A stretch of DNA of 64,000 bases from an uncultured virus (IMG/VR IMGVR_UViG_3300028586_000757) (IMGVR_UViG_3300028586_000757), one strand, 5' to 3'. Positions 26,606 to 36,342 are shown, counted from the stretch's first letter. Notes: generated by a model not told the origin, from the letters alone. Numbers and translations: made by a program.

Positions 26606-29101
26606 TCACTGCGATGACAGCAGGCTTGGTTCGAGTTGGTCGCAACGTGCGCAGAGCCCCGAGGGTACTAAGCCGCGATGCCGACGACAGCGAGGGCAGC
26701 GAAGCAGCTCCGTCCGACGGCACGCCACTCGGTATTCAGCGCCTGCGGTGCGCTCCACCCGAGCGCAGTCGAAGAAATCTTCCAGCACATCGGTTGGCAC
26801 GTCCGCCGGCAGCGTCACTTGGAGTTCCAGCTGTGCTGGCCCCTTCAGGCTCTCGTCACGATTTGTCTCGACAAACTGATTCACCTCGCGACGCAGTTGG
26901 CGTAGGCCGGCCAGAACGCCTTGGTCCTGAAGCGCCGGCAGGACCACGTCGGCCAGCTGCAGCTCCAGCGAAGTCACTGCGCTATCTTCGCGTAGGTTCG
27001 GACGCATCAGCTGATACGCTTCCTCGGCCGTGTAGGGCAGGAGCGGCACGAACAGCCGTACCAGCACCGCCATCACGGTTGCGAGTACCGTTTGTGCTTC
27101 GCGCCGGCGAGGTGCATCCGGAGCATCGCAGTAAAGGCTATCCTTCACCGCGGTGAAGTATTCGCTGCTGGTAGCTTCGCAATACAACGCCAGGGCGCTG
27201 CTAACGCCGGCGAAGTCATATTGGTCAGCCGCAGCCTTGGCATCGTGAACCAGCTGGGACAGCTCGGCCAGTTGCCAGACGTGCAGGGTGTTCGTCACCG
27301 GAACTGCCTGGTCAAACTTGAAGTCCGCGGTGTTTTGCAGACAGAATCGTAGCGTGTTGCGAAGCTTGCGATAGCGCTCTGCCGTGCGCTCGAGCGACTG
27401 TGCCGACATGGTCAAGTCGCGAGTGTAATCTTGGGACAGCGCCCACAGGCGCAGCACGTCTGGGCTGTGCTTGGCCAGCATCTTGTCCATCGACTCGTAG
27501 TTGGCGCTGGACTTCGAGAACTTGCGCCCCTTCTCATCGAGGACAAAACCGTGCGTGAGCACAGTCGAGTAAGGCGCCGCACCGTGCAGGGCCATCGAAG
27601 TCAAGAGCGACGACTGGAACCATCCGCGATGTTGGTCAGAGCCTTCCAGCACCAGGTCGGCCGGTCGGCCAAAACGCTCCCGCATTACGAGCTCATGCGT
27701 CATACCACTATCGAACCACACGTCGAGCGTACGACGTCCCTTGTCGCGCTGCCATGCTTCAACGCCTTCCTGCGCGACCGCCTCGAGCAGCTCCGGCGCG
27801 GTACCCGGTTCAGCGAGCGGGGTGCCCCACAGGCGATTACGCGATAAGCACCAAGACGTGCGCGTGGCGAGCATGGAGGAGAGTCGTTCTCGTCCCGTGC
27901 TTGGAACGAAAGAGACATTTTCCAGTGCTTCAGCTGCTTTTGGCGCTAGCTCGGTCAGGTCCAGGAACCACTCTTCCGAGGCTTTAAAGAACAGCGGCGA
28001 CTTGTGGCGCCAGCAATGTGGATATTCGTGCTGCACGGTAGTGCGTGAGTACAGAAGGTCTTCCAGGGTTTCCAGCACCGCTTTGCCGGCGGCAGCCAGG
28101 CCGAGCCCCTGCAATGGACCCGCCAGGAAGCGCCCATGGTCATCAACGAAGTGGTCGGCGGACAAGCCATAGGCTTCGCCAACCCGGAAGTCGTCGGTGC
28201 CAAACGACGGGGCCAGATGCACCAGGCCGGTGCCGGAAGTGGTCACGTAATCGGCGGCCACCACTGGCACGAGTGCTTTGGTGTAGGGGCTCACCGCGCG
28301 GCGGCCGGCCAGGTCAACCGATACGAGTTCAGGCGCGTCATCTTCTCGACGAACCCGCACCAGGTGGCGCTCGCTGTCGGTAACGCGCACATAGTCGAAA
28401 GCCGCGTTGTAGGCAACGCCGCGGTTGGCGGGCAGGGTGTAAGGCGTCGTGGTCCAAACCTGCAGGAAGGTGCCGGGTTCGCCGTCTAGCTCGAAAAGCA
28501 CCTCGACGCTGTCTGACTGGCGCTCTTTGTATTCAACCTCCGCTTCAGCGAGCGATGAGGCGCAGGCCGGACACCAGTGCACGGGGCGTAGGCGCTTGAC
28601 CAGTTGCGGCAGGCGAGAAAAGGCTCGCGCCGCGCCAGCCTCGAAAGCCGGGGCCATCGTACGGTAGGCGTGGGCCCAGTCCGCTGACACGCCAAAGTCC
28701 TGGAACTGGCGAGTCTGCTTGTCGACCTGTCCGCCTGCGTAGGCGCGGCAGGCCGCAACAAACGCCTCCGGGTTGGTCTTCTCGTGGCCCAGTTTCTCGA
28801 CTTCCAGCTCGACTGGCAAGCCGTGGCAGTCGAAGCCAGGGACGAAGGGGGCGAAGTAGCCGTCCAGGCGCTTGAATTTCAGCAGAGCGTCTTTGAGGCT
28901 CTTGTTGACGAAGTGGCCCAGGTGCAGGTCGCCATTCGCGTAGGGTGGACCGTCGTGCAGCAAAAAGGTTGGCCGGCCGGCGGCATCGCGGTGAAGATAG
29001 TTCACCACAGAAGGAGTATTCCACAGCGCATGCGCGGCGGACTTATCCAGGTGGCGGGCGGCAGTCTCGAAAGACGATTTGAAGAGGTTCAGTTGGTACA
29101 T
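26606..29101 (-). CDS. ileS: Isoleucyl-tRNA synthetase, 831 aa
   Basis: LHDGPPYANGDLHLGH, PGFDCHGLP, WTTTPYTLPAN, EGSDQHRGWFQSSLL, KFSKS, C-terminal CPRC..CARC; RBS GGAG before ATG29101. Confidence 0.95.
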   Translation of the reverse strand: MYQLNLFKSSFETAARHLDKSAAHALWNTPSVVNYLHRDAAGRPTFLLHDGPPYANGDLHLGHFVNKSLKDALLKFKRLDGYFAPFVPGFDCHGLPVELEVEKLGHEKTNPEAFVAACRAYAGGQVDKQTRQFQDFGVSADWAHAYRTMAPAFEAGAARAFSRLPQLVKRLRPVHWCPACASSLAEAEVEYKERQSDSVEVLFELDGEPGTFLQVWTTTPYTLPANRGVAYNAAFDYVRVTDSERHLVRVRREDDAPELVSVDLAGRRAVSPYTKALVPVVAADYVTTSGTGLVHLAPSFGTDDFRVGEAYGLSADHFVDDHGRFLAGPLQGLGLAAAGKAVLETLEDLLYSRTTVQHEYPHCWRHKSPLFFKASEEWFLDLTELAPKAAEALENVSFVPSTGRERLSSMLATRTSWCLSRNRLWGTPLAEPGTAPELLEAVAQEGVEAWQRDKGRRTLDVWFDSGMTHELVMRERFGRPADLVLEGSDQHRGWFQSSLLTSMALHGAAPYSTVLTHGFVLDEKGRKFSKSSANYESMDKMLAKHSPDVLRLWALSQDYTRDLTMSAQSLERTAERYRKLRNTLRFCLQNTADFKFDQAVPVTNTLHVWQLAELSQLVHDAKAAADQYDFAGVSSALALYCEATSSEYFTAVKDSLYCDAPDAPRRREAQTVLATVMAVLVRLFVPLLPYTAEEAYQLMRPNLREDSAVTSLELQLADVVLPALQDQGVLAGLRQLRREVNQFVETNRDESLKGPAQLELQVTLPADVPTDVLEDFFDCARVERTAGAEYRVACRRTELLRCPRCRRHRGLVPSGLCARCDQLEPSLLSSQ

Positions 29102-29116
29102 GAGTTTCGGCTCCAG

Positions 29117-29197
29117 AAAAAGAGAAGGCAACTTGTCCGGTTGCCTTTGAGCCGGTACAGATAGCAAAAAGGCAACCGGGTCAGGGTTGCCTTTGAG
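29117..29197 (-). terminator. Tandem attenuator terminators upstream of ileS
   Basis: Two hairpins, both starting CTCAAAGGCAACC and closing with GTTGCCTT plus a U-tract. Confidence 0.8.
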
Positions 29198-29216
29198 ATG
29201 CGAGGGATTCGCGGTG

Positions 29217-29300
29217 TTATGCTGACATGCGTAGCCATCCCTGCTGCTCAAGAGCAACCTGGGTGCTAATAATTATGGCGGCGGTCAGTTGGTAATACAT
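29217..29300 (-). CDS. ileS leader peptide MYYQLTAAIIISTQVALEQQGWLRMSA
   Basis: Tandem Ile codons ATA ATT ATT followed by an antiterminator-forming segment. Confidence 0.8.
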   Translation of the reverse strand: MYYQLTAAIIISTQVALEQQGWLRMSA

Positions 29301-29351
29301 GTCAGTTCAGATTGTCGTTTTGCAGCTTAATGTGTTGTGGATTCGGGCAGG

Positions 29352-29407
29352 TTTGTCGCGGTAGCGCTTAAACTTCAAAGGTTTTGTCGCGCTGGCGCTT
29401 AAACTTC
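29352..29407. repeat. Two copies of a 25-bp direct repeat, period 31
   Basis: TTTGTCGCG-nnn-GCGCTTAAACTTC twice. Confidence 0.8.
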
Positions 29408-29447
29408 GCAAGGAGTCAACCTCAGACACCTAACCTATTTAGTGTAC

Positions 29448-29476
29448 ATTTTAGGTTTTATCCTACTTTTTGTCAA
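29448..29476 (-). promoter_or_regulatory. Sigma70 promoter for the ileS leader
   Basis: TTGACA-17 bp-TAAAAT. Confidence 0.75.
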
Positions 29477-29555
29477 TAAGTATCGACGGCGCTGTTCAAT
29501 CCAAGGAATAGACTTGGGCGCTACACGCGAGTGACCAATCACAATCGGAGAACCC

Positions 29556-29771
29556 GTGTCCCAATCCACCTGTCCGGGCTTGATGCCCGCTGAAGTGAGC
29601 TACTTGCTCGAAGCGCAGATTTTGGGTGTTGACCCGAACCGACTGACAGCAATTCGCTTTGGTCACAAGGACGCGTCGTATCTCCGGCCGCCGGCGCCGC
29701 TTAGCCGGCTTCACAACCCCTTCGGCCCGGACTTCTGCCTGTCCGAGCTTCAAATTGGAGGCCGCGGCTAA
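29556..29771 (+). CDS. Small hypothetical protein
   Basis: RBS GGAG; GTG start. Confidence 0.45.
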   Translation: MSQSTCPGLMPAEVSYLLEAQILGVDPNRLTAIRFGHKDASYLRPPAPLSRLHNPFGPDFCLSELQIGGRG

Positions 29772-29831
29772 GCTCGAGACAGCGACTTAACAAAACACGC
29801 CGCGAATGCGGCGTGTCGAATGAAGCTGATG

Positions 29832-30020
29832 TCAGTAGAGTTGCTCGTCGTCGTTGTTCGGAGTTCCGTCCGGCACGATGATGGCGTTGTTCAGCCGCGG
29901 CGCGAGTAGCGCATCCAGGCGGTCTTCCAGTTCTTGCGTCGACAGTTGACCAAAGTGGTGGTCAAACAGCAGAGCTTTTGCTTTGGATTCGGTGACATGC
30001 AGGGTCGAGTAGATGCTCAT
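29832..30020 (-). CDS. Small hypothetical protein
   Basis: Motif at 30041-30056; RBS AAGGA. Confidence 0.6.
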   Translation of the reverse strand: MSIYSTLHVTESKAKALLFDHHFGQLSTQELEDRLDALLAPRLNNAIIVPDGTPNNDDEQLY

Positions 30021-30087
30021 TTGAGTTTCCTTTGGAAGTTGTCCTTCCAAGTGTAGCCAATGACCGCGCCACCTTGCTCTGCTGCGT

Positions 30088-30510
30088 CTAGTTAAGCCGG
30101 CGTATCGTCACCGCGTCAAAGGATGCGTAAGGGTGTTTGTCGTTTCTGCATGCGATGGCAATCAGCTTATCTGCCTGAGCCGGCACCGTCACTATCTTGC
30201 GGCACATCCCTGTCGGAACCGTAAGACGGGTCCCTTTACCGTCAGTGAGTTCATCAAACTGGCCCTGCCACCACTCGAACTTGATGATGAGCGACGCATT
30301 CTCCTCTCGCAAACTGACAAAACCCTTGGGTTCCGCATCCTTGCTGTTTGATTTGAGCGAGTACAGTCTGATTTCGTTCTCAGCTGAGCTTACTGCTAGT
30401 TTGACGGGCGCCTCATTGTAGAACGTGACTTCGTAGTCATGACCAGCGGCGAAGGCCGTTGATGTCGCCAAAATAGCCAGGGCCGCGGCCACTCGTTTGA
30501 TAGTTTTCAT
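30088..30510 (-). CDS. Secreted hypothetical protein
   Basis: Signal peptide ending ...TAFA. Confidence 0.65.
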   Translation of the reverse strand: MKTIKRVAAALAILATSTAFAAGHDYEVTFYNEAPVKLAVSSAENEIRLYSLKSNSKDAEPKGFVSLREENASLIIKFEWWQGQFDELTDGKGTRLTVPTGMCRKIVTVPAQADKLIAIACRNDKHPYASFDAVTIRRLN

Positions 30511-30520
30511 TTGTCCTCAA

Positions 30521-30751
30521 TTAGAGCGAGATGTGCATGACGGGCTCTCTCCACTCGTTACGGCGCCACCATTGCCACCAGCGCGGGTTGGTCCAGCCGG
30601 CGGAGAGGGCTTCTTTCCAGCAAAGCTGCCGAGCATCTTCCTCGGACCAGGCGCCAACACTAACGTACAGCAGAGCGCTGCGTGGATACAGCCGAAATTC
30701 CATGATTCCGGTGTACCGTTCTTTGCCGTCGAGGGGCGCTCCGATGCCCAT
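30521..30751 (-). CDS. Small hypothetical protein
   Basis: RBS; Trp-rich C-terminus. Confidence 0.45.
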   Translation of the reverse strand: MGIGAPLDGKERYTGIMEFRLYPRSALLYVSVGAWSEEDARQLCWKEALSAGWTNPRWWQWWRRNEWREPVMHISL

Positions 30752-30881
30752 TGTTATCTTCCTGGTTGACTTAGGCGCTCAGCCCTTAAGCGGAAGTATA
30801 GTGCGCATATTTAGCCCCAAAAAGGATAAGAAGTATCGCTAAACGGGAAATCTTCAACCGACTTTTAAGTAGAGGTTTCTC

Positions 30882-31172
30882 ATGAACAGCGCAGCAACCG
30901 GCCAGGTCAAGGACAAAGTGACTATCCGCACTCTGGAAAAATTCGAGCGAGTCATGTTCGATTGCGATGGCAAACAGGCGGAGTGCTCGGTACAAACGGC
31001 TATTGCCGAGCTCAAGCGCACCAAGCGCACGCTGGCCGACATTCTGCTGGTGGACTTCGACCAGGTATATCGTGCAGACCATCCACGTAGCCGTCAATGC
31101 CAGGTCGTGGTCGACGCGTTGCTTTCGGCAGGCTTGCCAGACCCGGTAATGGCCACTACTGCTCGCGCCTAA
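30882..31172 (+). CDS. Hypothetical protein
   Basis: RBS GAGG. Confidence 0.55.
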   Translation: MNSAATGQVKDKVTIRTLEKFERVMFDCDGKQAECSVQTAIAELKRTKRTLADILLVDFDQVYRADHPRSRQCQVVVDALLSAGLPDPVMATTARA

Positions 31173-31199
31173 TCTTCGGCACTGCGAGCCGCGAGACCG

Positions 31200-32027
31200 T
31201 CACTCGTAGGCGGTCAGCGCAATTAACGGGGTGTCCGGCGCCAGCCCCTCAAACAGGCCGGCAAAAGTGCGCGCCCAGGTCTGAAACTCTTCGACTTCGC
31301 CTGGTGCATTGGCCCGGCCGTCGTACTGACGCTCGTAAATGACGCCGTCCTTGAGCACCGCGAACGAGACATTGGCTCGCGCCGCAGCAGCTGAAGCGTA
31401 CTCAGCTTCGGTTAGCGTATAGAGGGGCTCCAGGTCGTAGCCATGCAGCGGCGAGTCGGCCTTGAAGAAGTGCTTCCAGTCTTCACTGCTAACTGGCAGA
31501 CGAATGTCTCCCAACTGCGAATAGAAGTAGCGGTGGCGCTCTACCGCACGGTCGTACACGAGTTTTGCCTGCAGTTCCTGGTCCCAGTATTGGAACGTGG
31601 TGATATCCGCGGTGTTGGGGTCGGGAATAGGGTCAAAGTGGCTGTTGCGCTTGGCCAGCGTGCCGATACCGCCCTTGCACATCTGGAAAAAACCGTTGTT
31701 TCGACCACCAATCACGTAGTACGAATATTTGCCATTTGGGTTTTCGTATTGGCCATAGATGCCGTCTTCGTTTTTCTCAGCATACGAGTACTGGCCGGCG
31801 ACGTAGGCGTCGAAGTCGTTGTTGTAGCGTTCTTTGACGGGTACCAGTTTGTCGTCCGGGCTGTCGAGCGGTCGCACCATGCCCAACTCCCAGCCTTCCT
31901 GAATTTCTTCGTCCATCGAATGAAACACCGCCAGCCGCTTGTCTTTCGGATTCTTCAAGAACGGGTCGAGCGCTTCGTCTAGGCGTTCAAGAGGCGTTCC
32001 AACGACGAGCAGCGACATGTGAGTCAT
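31200..32027 (-). CDS. Phage/plasmid-type hypothetical protein
   Basis: RBS AAGGA; NPNGKYSYYVIGGR motif. Confidence 0.7.
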   Translation of the reverse strand: MTHMSLLVVGTPLERLDEALDPFLKNPKDKRLAVFHSMDEEIQEGWELGMVRPLDSPDDKLVPVKERYNNDFDAYVAGQYSYAEKNEDGIYGQYENPNGKYSYYVIGGRNNGFFQMCKGGIGTLAKRNSHFDPIPDPNTADITTFQYWDQELQAKLVYDRAVERHRYFYSQLGDIRLPVSSEDWKHFFKADSPLHGYDLEPLYTLTEAEYASAAAARANVSFAVLKDGVIYERQYDGRANAPGEVEEFQTWARTFAGLFEGLAPDTPLIALTAYE

Positions 32028-32218
32028 GGGATTTCCTTGCTGGGTATTTTGTTTTGTGCGGCTAATCAGCCTAAAAGTGATGCACATTATACCACGCCAG
32101 GCTGCTACTCGCCACCCTAAAAAGTCAGCCAAAAGAAAACGTCCGCAGGATGCGGACGTTGAGAAATGAGAGATAGCGATGTATGGTACCTTCATCGATG
32201 AGGGTACCAAATTGCTAA

Positions 32219-32809
32219 CTATGCGGTAGCCATGCGATGGCGCTGCGTCAAGCTACGCGGGTCGGTTGAGTCCACACCCTCATAGTAGTCTTTCAACACG
32301 CGGGCAGCGTGTTCGACGTCTGGCAGTCCTGAACGAGACGCTCTGTCGAGCCAAGCGTACAGCGAACTGCTTTCTGGTTCCTTGGAGGAGGGAGTAGGCT
32401 TTTCTGCCGGCACCTCGCCACGGCGAATCTTCGCGACCGTGCGCCACGCCGGCGGGGTGTAGGAGAAGGTGTCGTAACGGTCTTCATCTTCTCGGCTTGT
32501 ATCGTCGAAGTTGAGTTCGTTAGGCGCTGCCAGGTAGAGCTCGAAAGGCAGCTGCTTTTGCAGCGTCGCCATGGCGAGCTGGTAGTTGTCTTCATCGGCC
32601 CAGGCGATGTAGCAGGCGATAAGGTAGTGTTGTTCGCCCAGGTTCATGCCAGAGATGGCGCTCGCAAACTCAGTTGGCGTGGGGACGTCCCCTCGTTTGA
32701 TAGATGCTTCGATGTCGACGCCGCGGTGATGGGTCGAAGTCACTGCGGGGGAGAGCACGCTTGGAATCAAAGCGTGTGCAGAGGCATACAGCTCAACGAT
32801 ATGGTTCAT
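32219..32809 (-). CDS. Hypothetical protein
   Basis: RBS; motif at 32827-32844. Confidence 0.6.
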   Translation of the reverse strand: MNHIVELYASAHALIPSVLSPAVTSTHHRGVDIEASIKRGDVPTPTEFASAISGMNLGEQHYLIACYIAWADEDNYQLAMATLQKQLPFELYLAAPNELNFDDTSREDEDRYDTFSYTPPAWRTVAKIRRGEVPAEKPTPSSKEPESSSLYAWLDRASRSGLPDVEHAARVLKDYYEGVDSTDPRSLTQRHRMATA

Positions 32810-32883
32810 GGGTTCCTTTAAATGATGTCCTGACCTTGGTATAGCGAGTGTTTCGATTATACGACCCGCTTAGACCATCTCCC

Positions 32884-32941
32884 AAAATGCAATTAACGCG
32901 TGAATACGAGCGTAGTGGGGTGTTAAAATGCAATTAACGCG
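32884..32941. repeat. 17-bp direct repeat AAAATGCAATTAACGCG, two copies
   Basis: At 32884 and 32925, between divergent genes. Confidence 0.8.
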
Positions 32942-33057
32942 AGATAAGAAAAATGTTGCCGACGGGAAACCCGTCGCCAATAAAAACGCTGCAGCGGATT
33001 TCCGACGATAGGCTAAGCCGTCGTTCTACATCATTCATCCTCATTTTCAACACTTCT

Positions 33058-33486
33058 ATGCACACTTCAAGCTATCACAGCGCAAAATTCCACCATGACG
33101 GCGATGTCGAGGGCTGCATGTATCTGGTGGATTTCCATGGAGTGGAAATCGTCACGACAATCGAGAGTCTATTTGCGGCCCTTGAGCACCAGCCAGAGGG
33201 CGAATTCATTGCCATTACCGGCCCAGACGCCGAGAAGCATGACCGGTTCGAGGTTACGGCGCCAACCTACAAAGAAATTTCTCCAGGCTCCTGGTCCTGC
33301 CGGACTGTGCAAATTGCGCGTTCGGACCTGGAGGCTTTCCTGGTGTACGCAAGGACACGAGCCTTGGAAAACGCAGTAAGCGCGCTGGACCTGGCGGAAG
33401 AGCCCTATGCGGTCGTTATAGAGCGGCTCGATAGGGCTATCTCTGCAGTAGCCGCGCTGTCGTCGAAGCAGGGCAGTCCTGCTTGA
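33058..33486 (+). CDS. Hypothetical protein
   Basis: ORF ending at a terminator. Confidence 0.5.
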   Translation: MHTSSYHSAKFHHDGDVEGCMYLVDFHGVEIVTTIESLFAALEHQPEGEFIAITGPDAEKHDRFEVTAPTYKEISPGSWSCRTVQIARSDLEAFLVYARTRALENAVSALDLAEEPYAVVIERLDRAISAVAALSSKQGSPA

Positions 33487-33521
33487 AAAGAAAAAGCCGA
33501 GTCGGATGACTCGGCCAGAAT

Positions 33522-33725
33522 TTAGCGGCAGACGAATTCGACGGCTTCTGCGGACGTCGCAGGCTCGACATCACCGCCTTGCACGTTAGTGACCTCGAAC
33601 GCGTGTCCGACGCTCGCTTGACCGACGGTGAGGGTGTTTTCCCAGCCCCAGGTCTGTGGCGAACCGGCCATTTCGGAGTCGTCATAGACGATGCGCAGCG
33701 TTACTTCCTGAACCATGATTGCCAT
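33522..33725 (-). CDS. Small hypothetical protein
   Basis: RBS GAGG; motif at 33750-33765. Confidence 0.6.
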   Translation of the reverse strand: MAIMVQEVTLRIVYDDSEMAGSPQTWGWENTLTVGQASVGHAFEVTNVQGGDVEPATSAEAVEFVCR

Positions 33726-33880
33726 ACTGTTACCTCATTCGTTGTTGATGTCCTACGAACTATAGCGATGCTTACGCGGTTGCGATATCGCCGTTGCCCT
33801 GGCAGGCCATCGCATGGAAGACAACGAGTAAGGGTTTTCGGATGTGGTTACACTAAGCAGGACATTTTAAAGGAGTAACC

Positions 33881-34354
33881 ATGTTTCGATTTCGTCCAGA
33901 AGTGATGTTTGCCGTGCTGGCTCTGCTGGTGCTGTCCGCCGAAGTCGGTGTCATGTGGCCGTACTGGGTAGGCGCGTTTCAATCCGCCGTCCGCCTGGAG
34001 CTCACGCACGTAGCGCTTGCGATGGCAGGTACCGCAGTGCTGGTGGGCGTGGTTAGCGGCATTCGCCGCTCCTTACCGAACTACGCGGGCGCACCGCCGG
34101 TTGCAGACCTTGTACGCATCCTGGTGCCTTTTGCAGTGGTCACGCTGCTCGCCGCAGCCAATATCATGGCACTGTCGACGATGCTTGGACAGGTACTCGA
34201 TTCACAAACTGGTCGTATTTTTGCGCTTCAGGCCGCCAGGGCAATGAGCCTTGGTGTCATCGGGTTTGCGCTCTACCATGCAGCGCTCATCATCGTGGAG
34301 TTTCGCCGCGATGTAGCCTGGGACCGGCGCATGCACCCACACCAGTACCAGTAA
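33881..34354 (+). CDS. Four-TM membrane protein
   Basis: RBS AAGGAG; motif at 33848-33863. Confidence 0.65.
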   Translation: MFRFRPEVMFAVLALLVLSAEVGVMWPYWVGAFQSAVRLELTHVALAMAGTAVLVGVVSGIRRSLPNYAGAPPVADLVRILVPFAVVTLLAAANIMALSTMLGQVLDSQTGRIFALQAARAMSLGVIGFALYHAALIIVEFRRDVAWDRRMHPHQYQ

Positions 34355-34459
34355 AACAGCTTTCCTGATTAACCGCCTAGGCCTACGGTCAAGGCGGTTT
34401 TTTCTTACTGCGGCCGGCCACCGCTTGCTACACCAGATAGGACAAATCTGGAGCAAGAC

Positions 34460-35146
34460 ATGTGGACAAAAATTCACCCTGAAAAGGTGCTGGTCAATCT
34501 CGGCCGAAAAGGCAGCCGCACAATCTCTGCCACGGTTATCAACGGCAAAGTGGACCTAGCGCCTATGACGCTGCAGGAGAATGACCTATGGTCAGAACAT
34601 GTAGGGGGTGCCGGATTCATCGAAATGGGCGCCATCGCCAACTTCGGCGCTAACACCGGGCTCGTCACGCCGGCGGTGCAGGCTGCCATTGACAGCTGGC
34701 TGGTGGCGCAAGGCATCCATGCGGCACGAGAGCATGAGGCACTGCCTCTGGCATGCACAGGCGCAGGCTTTCACCATGACGTTGATTACAAGAACGAGCT
34801 GTTCTGCGTAGTCTGGCTGAGTGACAACATGCCTTGGGACGTCTACTTCCCATACATTGACATGCGAATTCCCCTGGAATACGGCACCATCTTCGTGTTC
34901 GACTCGCTGCAACCGCACGGCGTCGTTCCCCGTGGCGCCTCCGTGTTTGACGCCAGCTCGTTCGAGTACGGCACCGGCGTTTTCGCATCCCAAGACCTCA
35001 TCATTGACTGCAAATCCTGTGCGCTCATGGGAATCAAGAAGTATTCCTGCAAAGGCAAACGCGGCATGCACATCCTCGACGCGGAAAACGTCCAGGATAG
35101 CCTCTCACCTGAAACGGCGGAGTGGCACATACGTCGGGTTGAGTAA
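34460..35146 (+). CDS. Putative 2OG-Fe(II) oxygenase-fold protein
   Basis: FHHD (HxD) and distal FDSLQPHGV. Confidence 0.55.
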   Translation: MWTKIHPEKVLVNLGRKGSRTISATVINGKVDLAPMTLQENDLWSEHVGGAGFIEMGAIANFGANTGLVTPAVQAAIDSWLVAQGIHAAREHEALPLACTGAGFHHDVDYKNELFCVVWLSDNMPWDVYFPYIDMRIPLEYGTIFVFDSLQPHGVVPRGASVFDASSFEYGTGVFASQDLIIDCKSCALMGIKKYSCKGKRGMHILDAENVQDSLSPETAEWHIRRVE

Positions 35147-35314
35147 ACTAGGCTTCTTTCAAAAACACATTCTACGGACTGCTTCTGCAGTCCGTTTCAT
35201 TTTACATTGTGAAATTATAGGCAATTATAGACAATTATGGCTGGCGCATAATTAGTCGGGAATAATAAAAACGGAACCCGAAGGTTCCGTTGAAATCATG
35301 CAGGTGCGGTCTGC

Positions 35315-35692
35315 TTAGTCCGCGGGCAGGTCATCAGCGGTAATGCGCAGTTCGCGCGATTTACCAACTACCCGGTAGAAGGTCGACAGGTTGGTATGCT
35401 TTTCAGCCCAGTCAGCCAAGAGAGCCTTCAACGCTTGCTCGGCACCCTCTTTTTGCGTGATGCCGTCTTCTGCGCATTCGCCGACCAGGTCGTACAGCCG
35501 TTCTTCCATCTGTTCAATGACAAGTGGCGCCGAAACCAGCTCGGTGACGGCGATTCGCCTGAAGTCGGCTTCGTAGTAGACGGTGCCCACTTCAAGTGCA
35601 CCATCGTCTTCCAGCGCAGCCAAGAGCTCGCTAAAATCCGTATAACGGAAGTCTTCGTTGTTCGTGCTGTAGAGTTTTTCCAGGTTTTCCAT
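35315..35692 (-). CDS. Acidic phage-type hypothetical protein
   Basis: Motif at 35710-35725; terminator downstream. Confidence 0.65.
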   Translation of the reverse strand: MENLEKLYSTNNEDFRYTDFSELLAALEDDGALEVGTVYYEADFRRIAVTELVSAPLVIEQMEERLYDLVGECAEDGITQKEGAEQALKALLADWAEKHTNLSTFYRVVGKSRELRITADDLPAD

Positions 35693-35785
35693 AGTTCGTC
35701 TCGTGGTTGGTCCTGTCCAGTGTAGGCAGCGCCAAGCTAGAAAAGAAAACCGAGCCGGGGAGGCTCGGTTTGAAGTAGGGACGAC

Positions 35786-36211
35786 TTAAGCAGCCATCTC
35801 CATGTCCCAGCCATCGTTCTCGAAGGCACGGGCCCAGCCGGCATTTTCCTCGTCTTCCTGGCGGTTGCGAGGCTCGCGTTCGAAAATCGAACCGCCGCGG
35901 TCCATCTCGCACAAGAAGTGTTCGGTGTTGTAGTGGCTGTATTTGCTTTGAGCCATGGCGACGTTCATCGCCAGCAGCCAGCAGTAGCCCTCGTCAAAGC
36001 AGCACGACGACAGCATGTCGCCCCAGGTGAGGACGATTTTGCGCCAGCCGTGGCGATATGCTTTCTCCGCGGCCAGTTGTTTTACCTCTTCCGAAATGGA
36101 GCCCCAGAAGCCTGGGATTGGCATCTGGTAGATTCGGATGGCGCGACCTTTGTGGCGCACCAGGTAGGTTTCGATGGCAGCACTGGTGAACGGCATACGC
36201 TTGAATTTCAT
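35786..36211 (-). CDS. Hypothetical protein
   Basis: Motif at 36231-36246; RBS. Confidence 0.65.
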   Translation of the reverse strand: MKFKRMPFTSAAIETYLVRHKGRAIRIYQMPIPGFWGSISEEVKQLAAEKAYRHGWRKIVLTWGDMLSSCCFDEGYCWLLAMNVAMAQSKYSHYNTEHFLCEMDRGGSIFEREPRNRQEDEENAGWARAFENDGWDMEMAA

Positions 36212-36342
36212 GACAGATTCCTAATTAGTTGACCTGACAGGTATAGTCACCAGGCAGCATCAAGTATCTACCAGCAGGATAAGCGGTCGGCAGCGCCAGA
36301 CCGCTTCGCTATACAGAAGAGGTCAATTTTGAAGGAATTACA

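Noticed and set aside
29102..29257. 883-aa IleRS starting at 29257
   Set aside because: The extension runs through the attenuator hairpins; the RBS and homology start at 29101.
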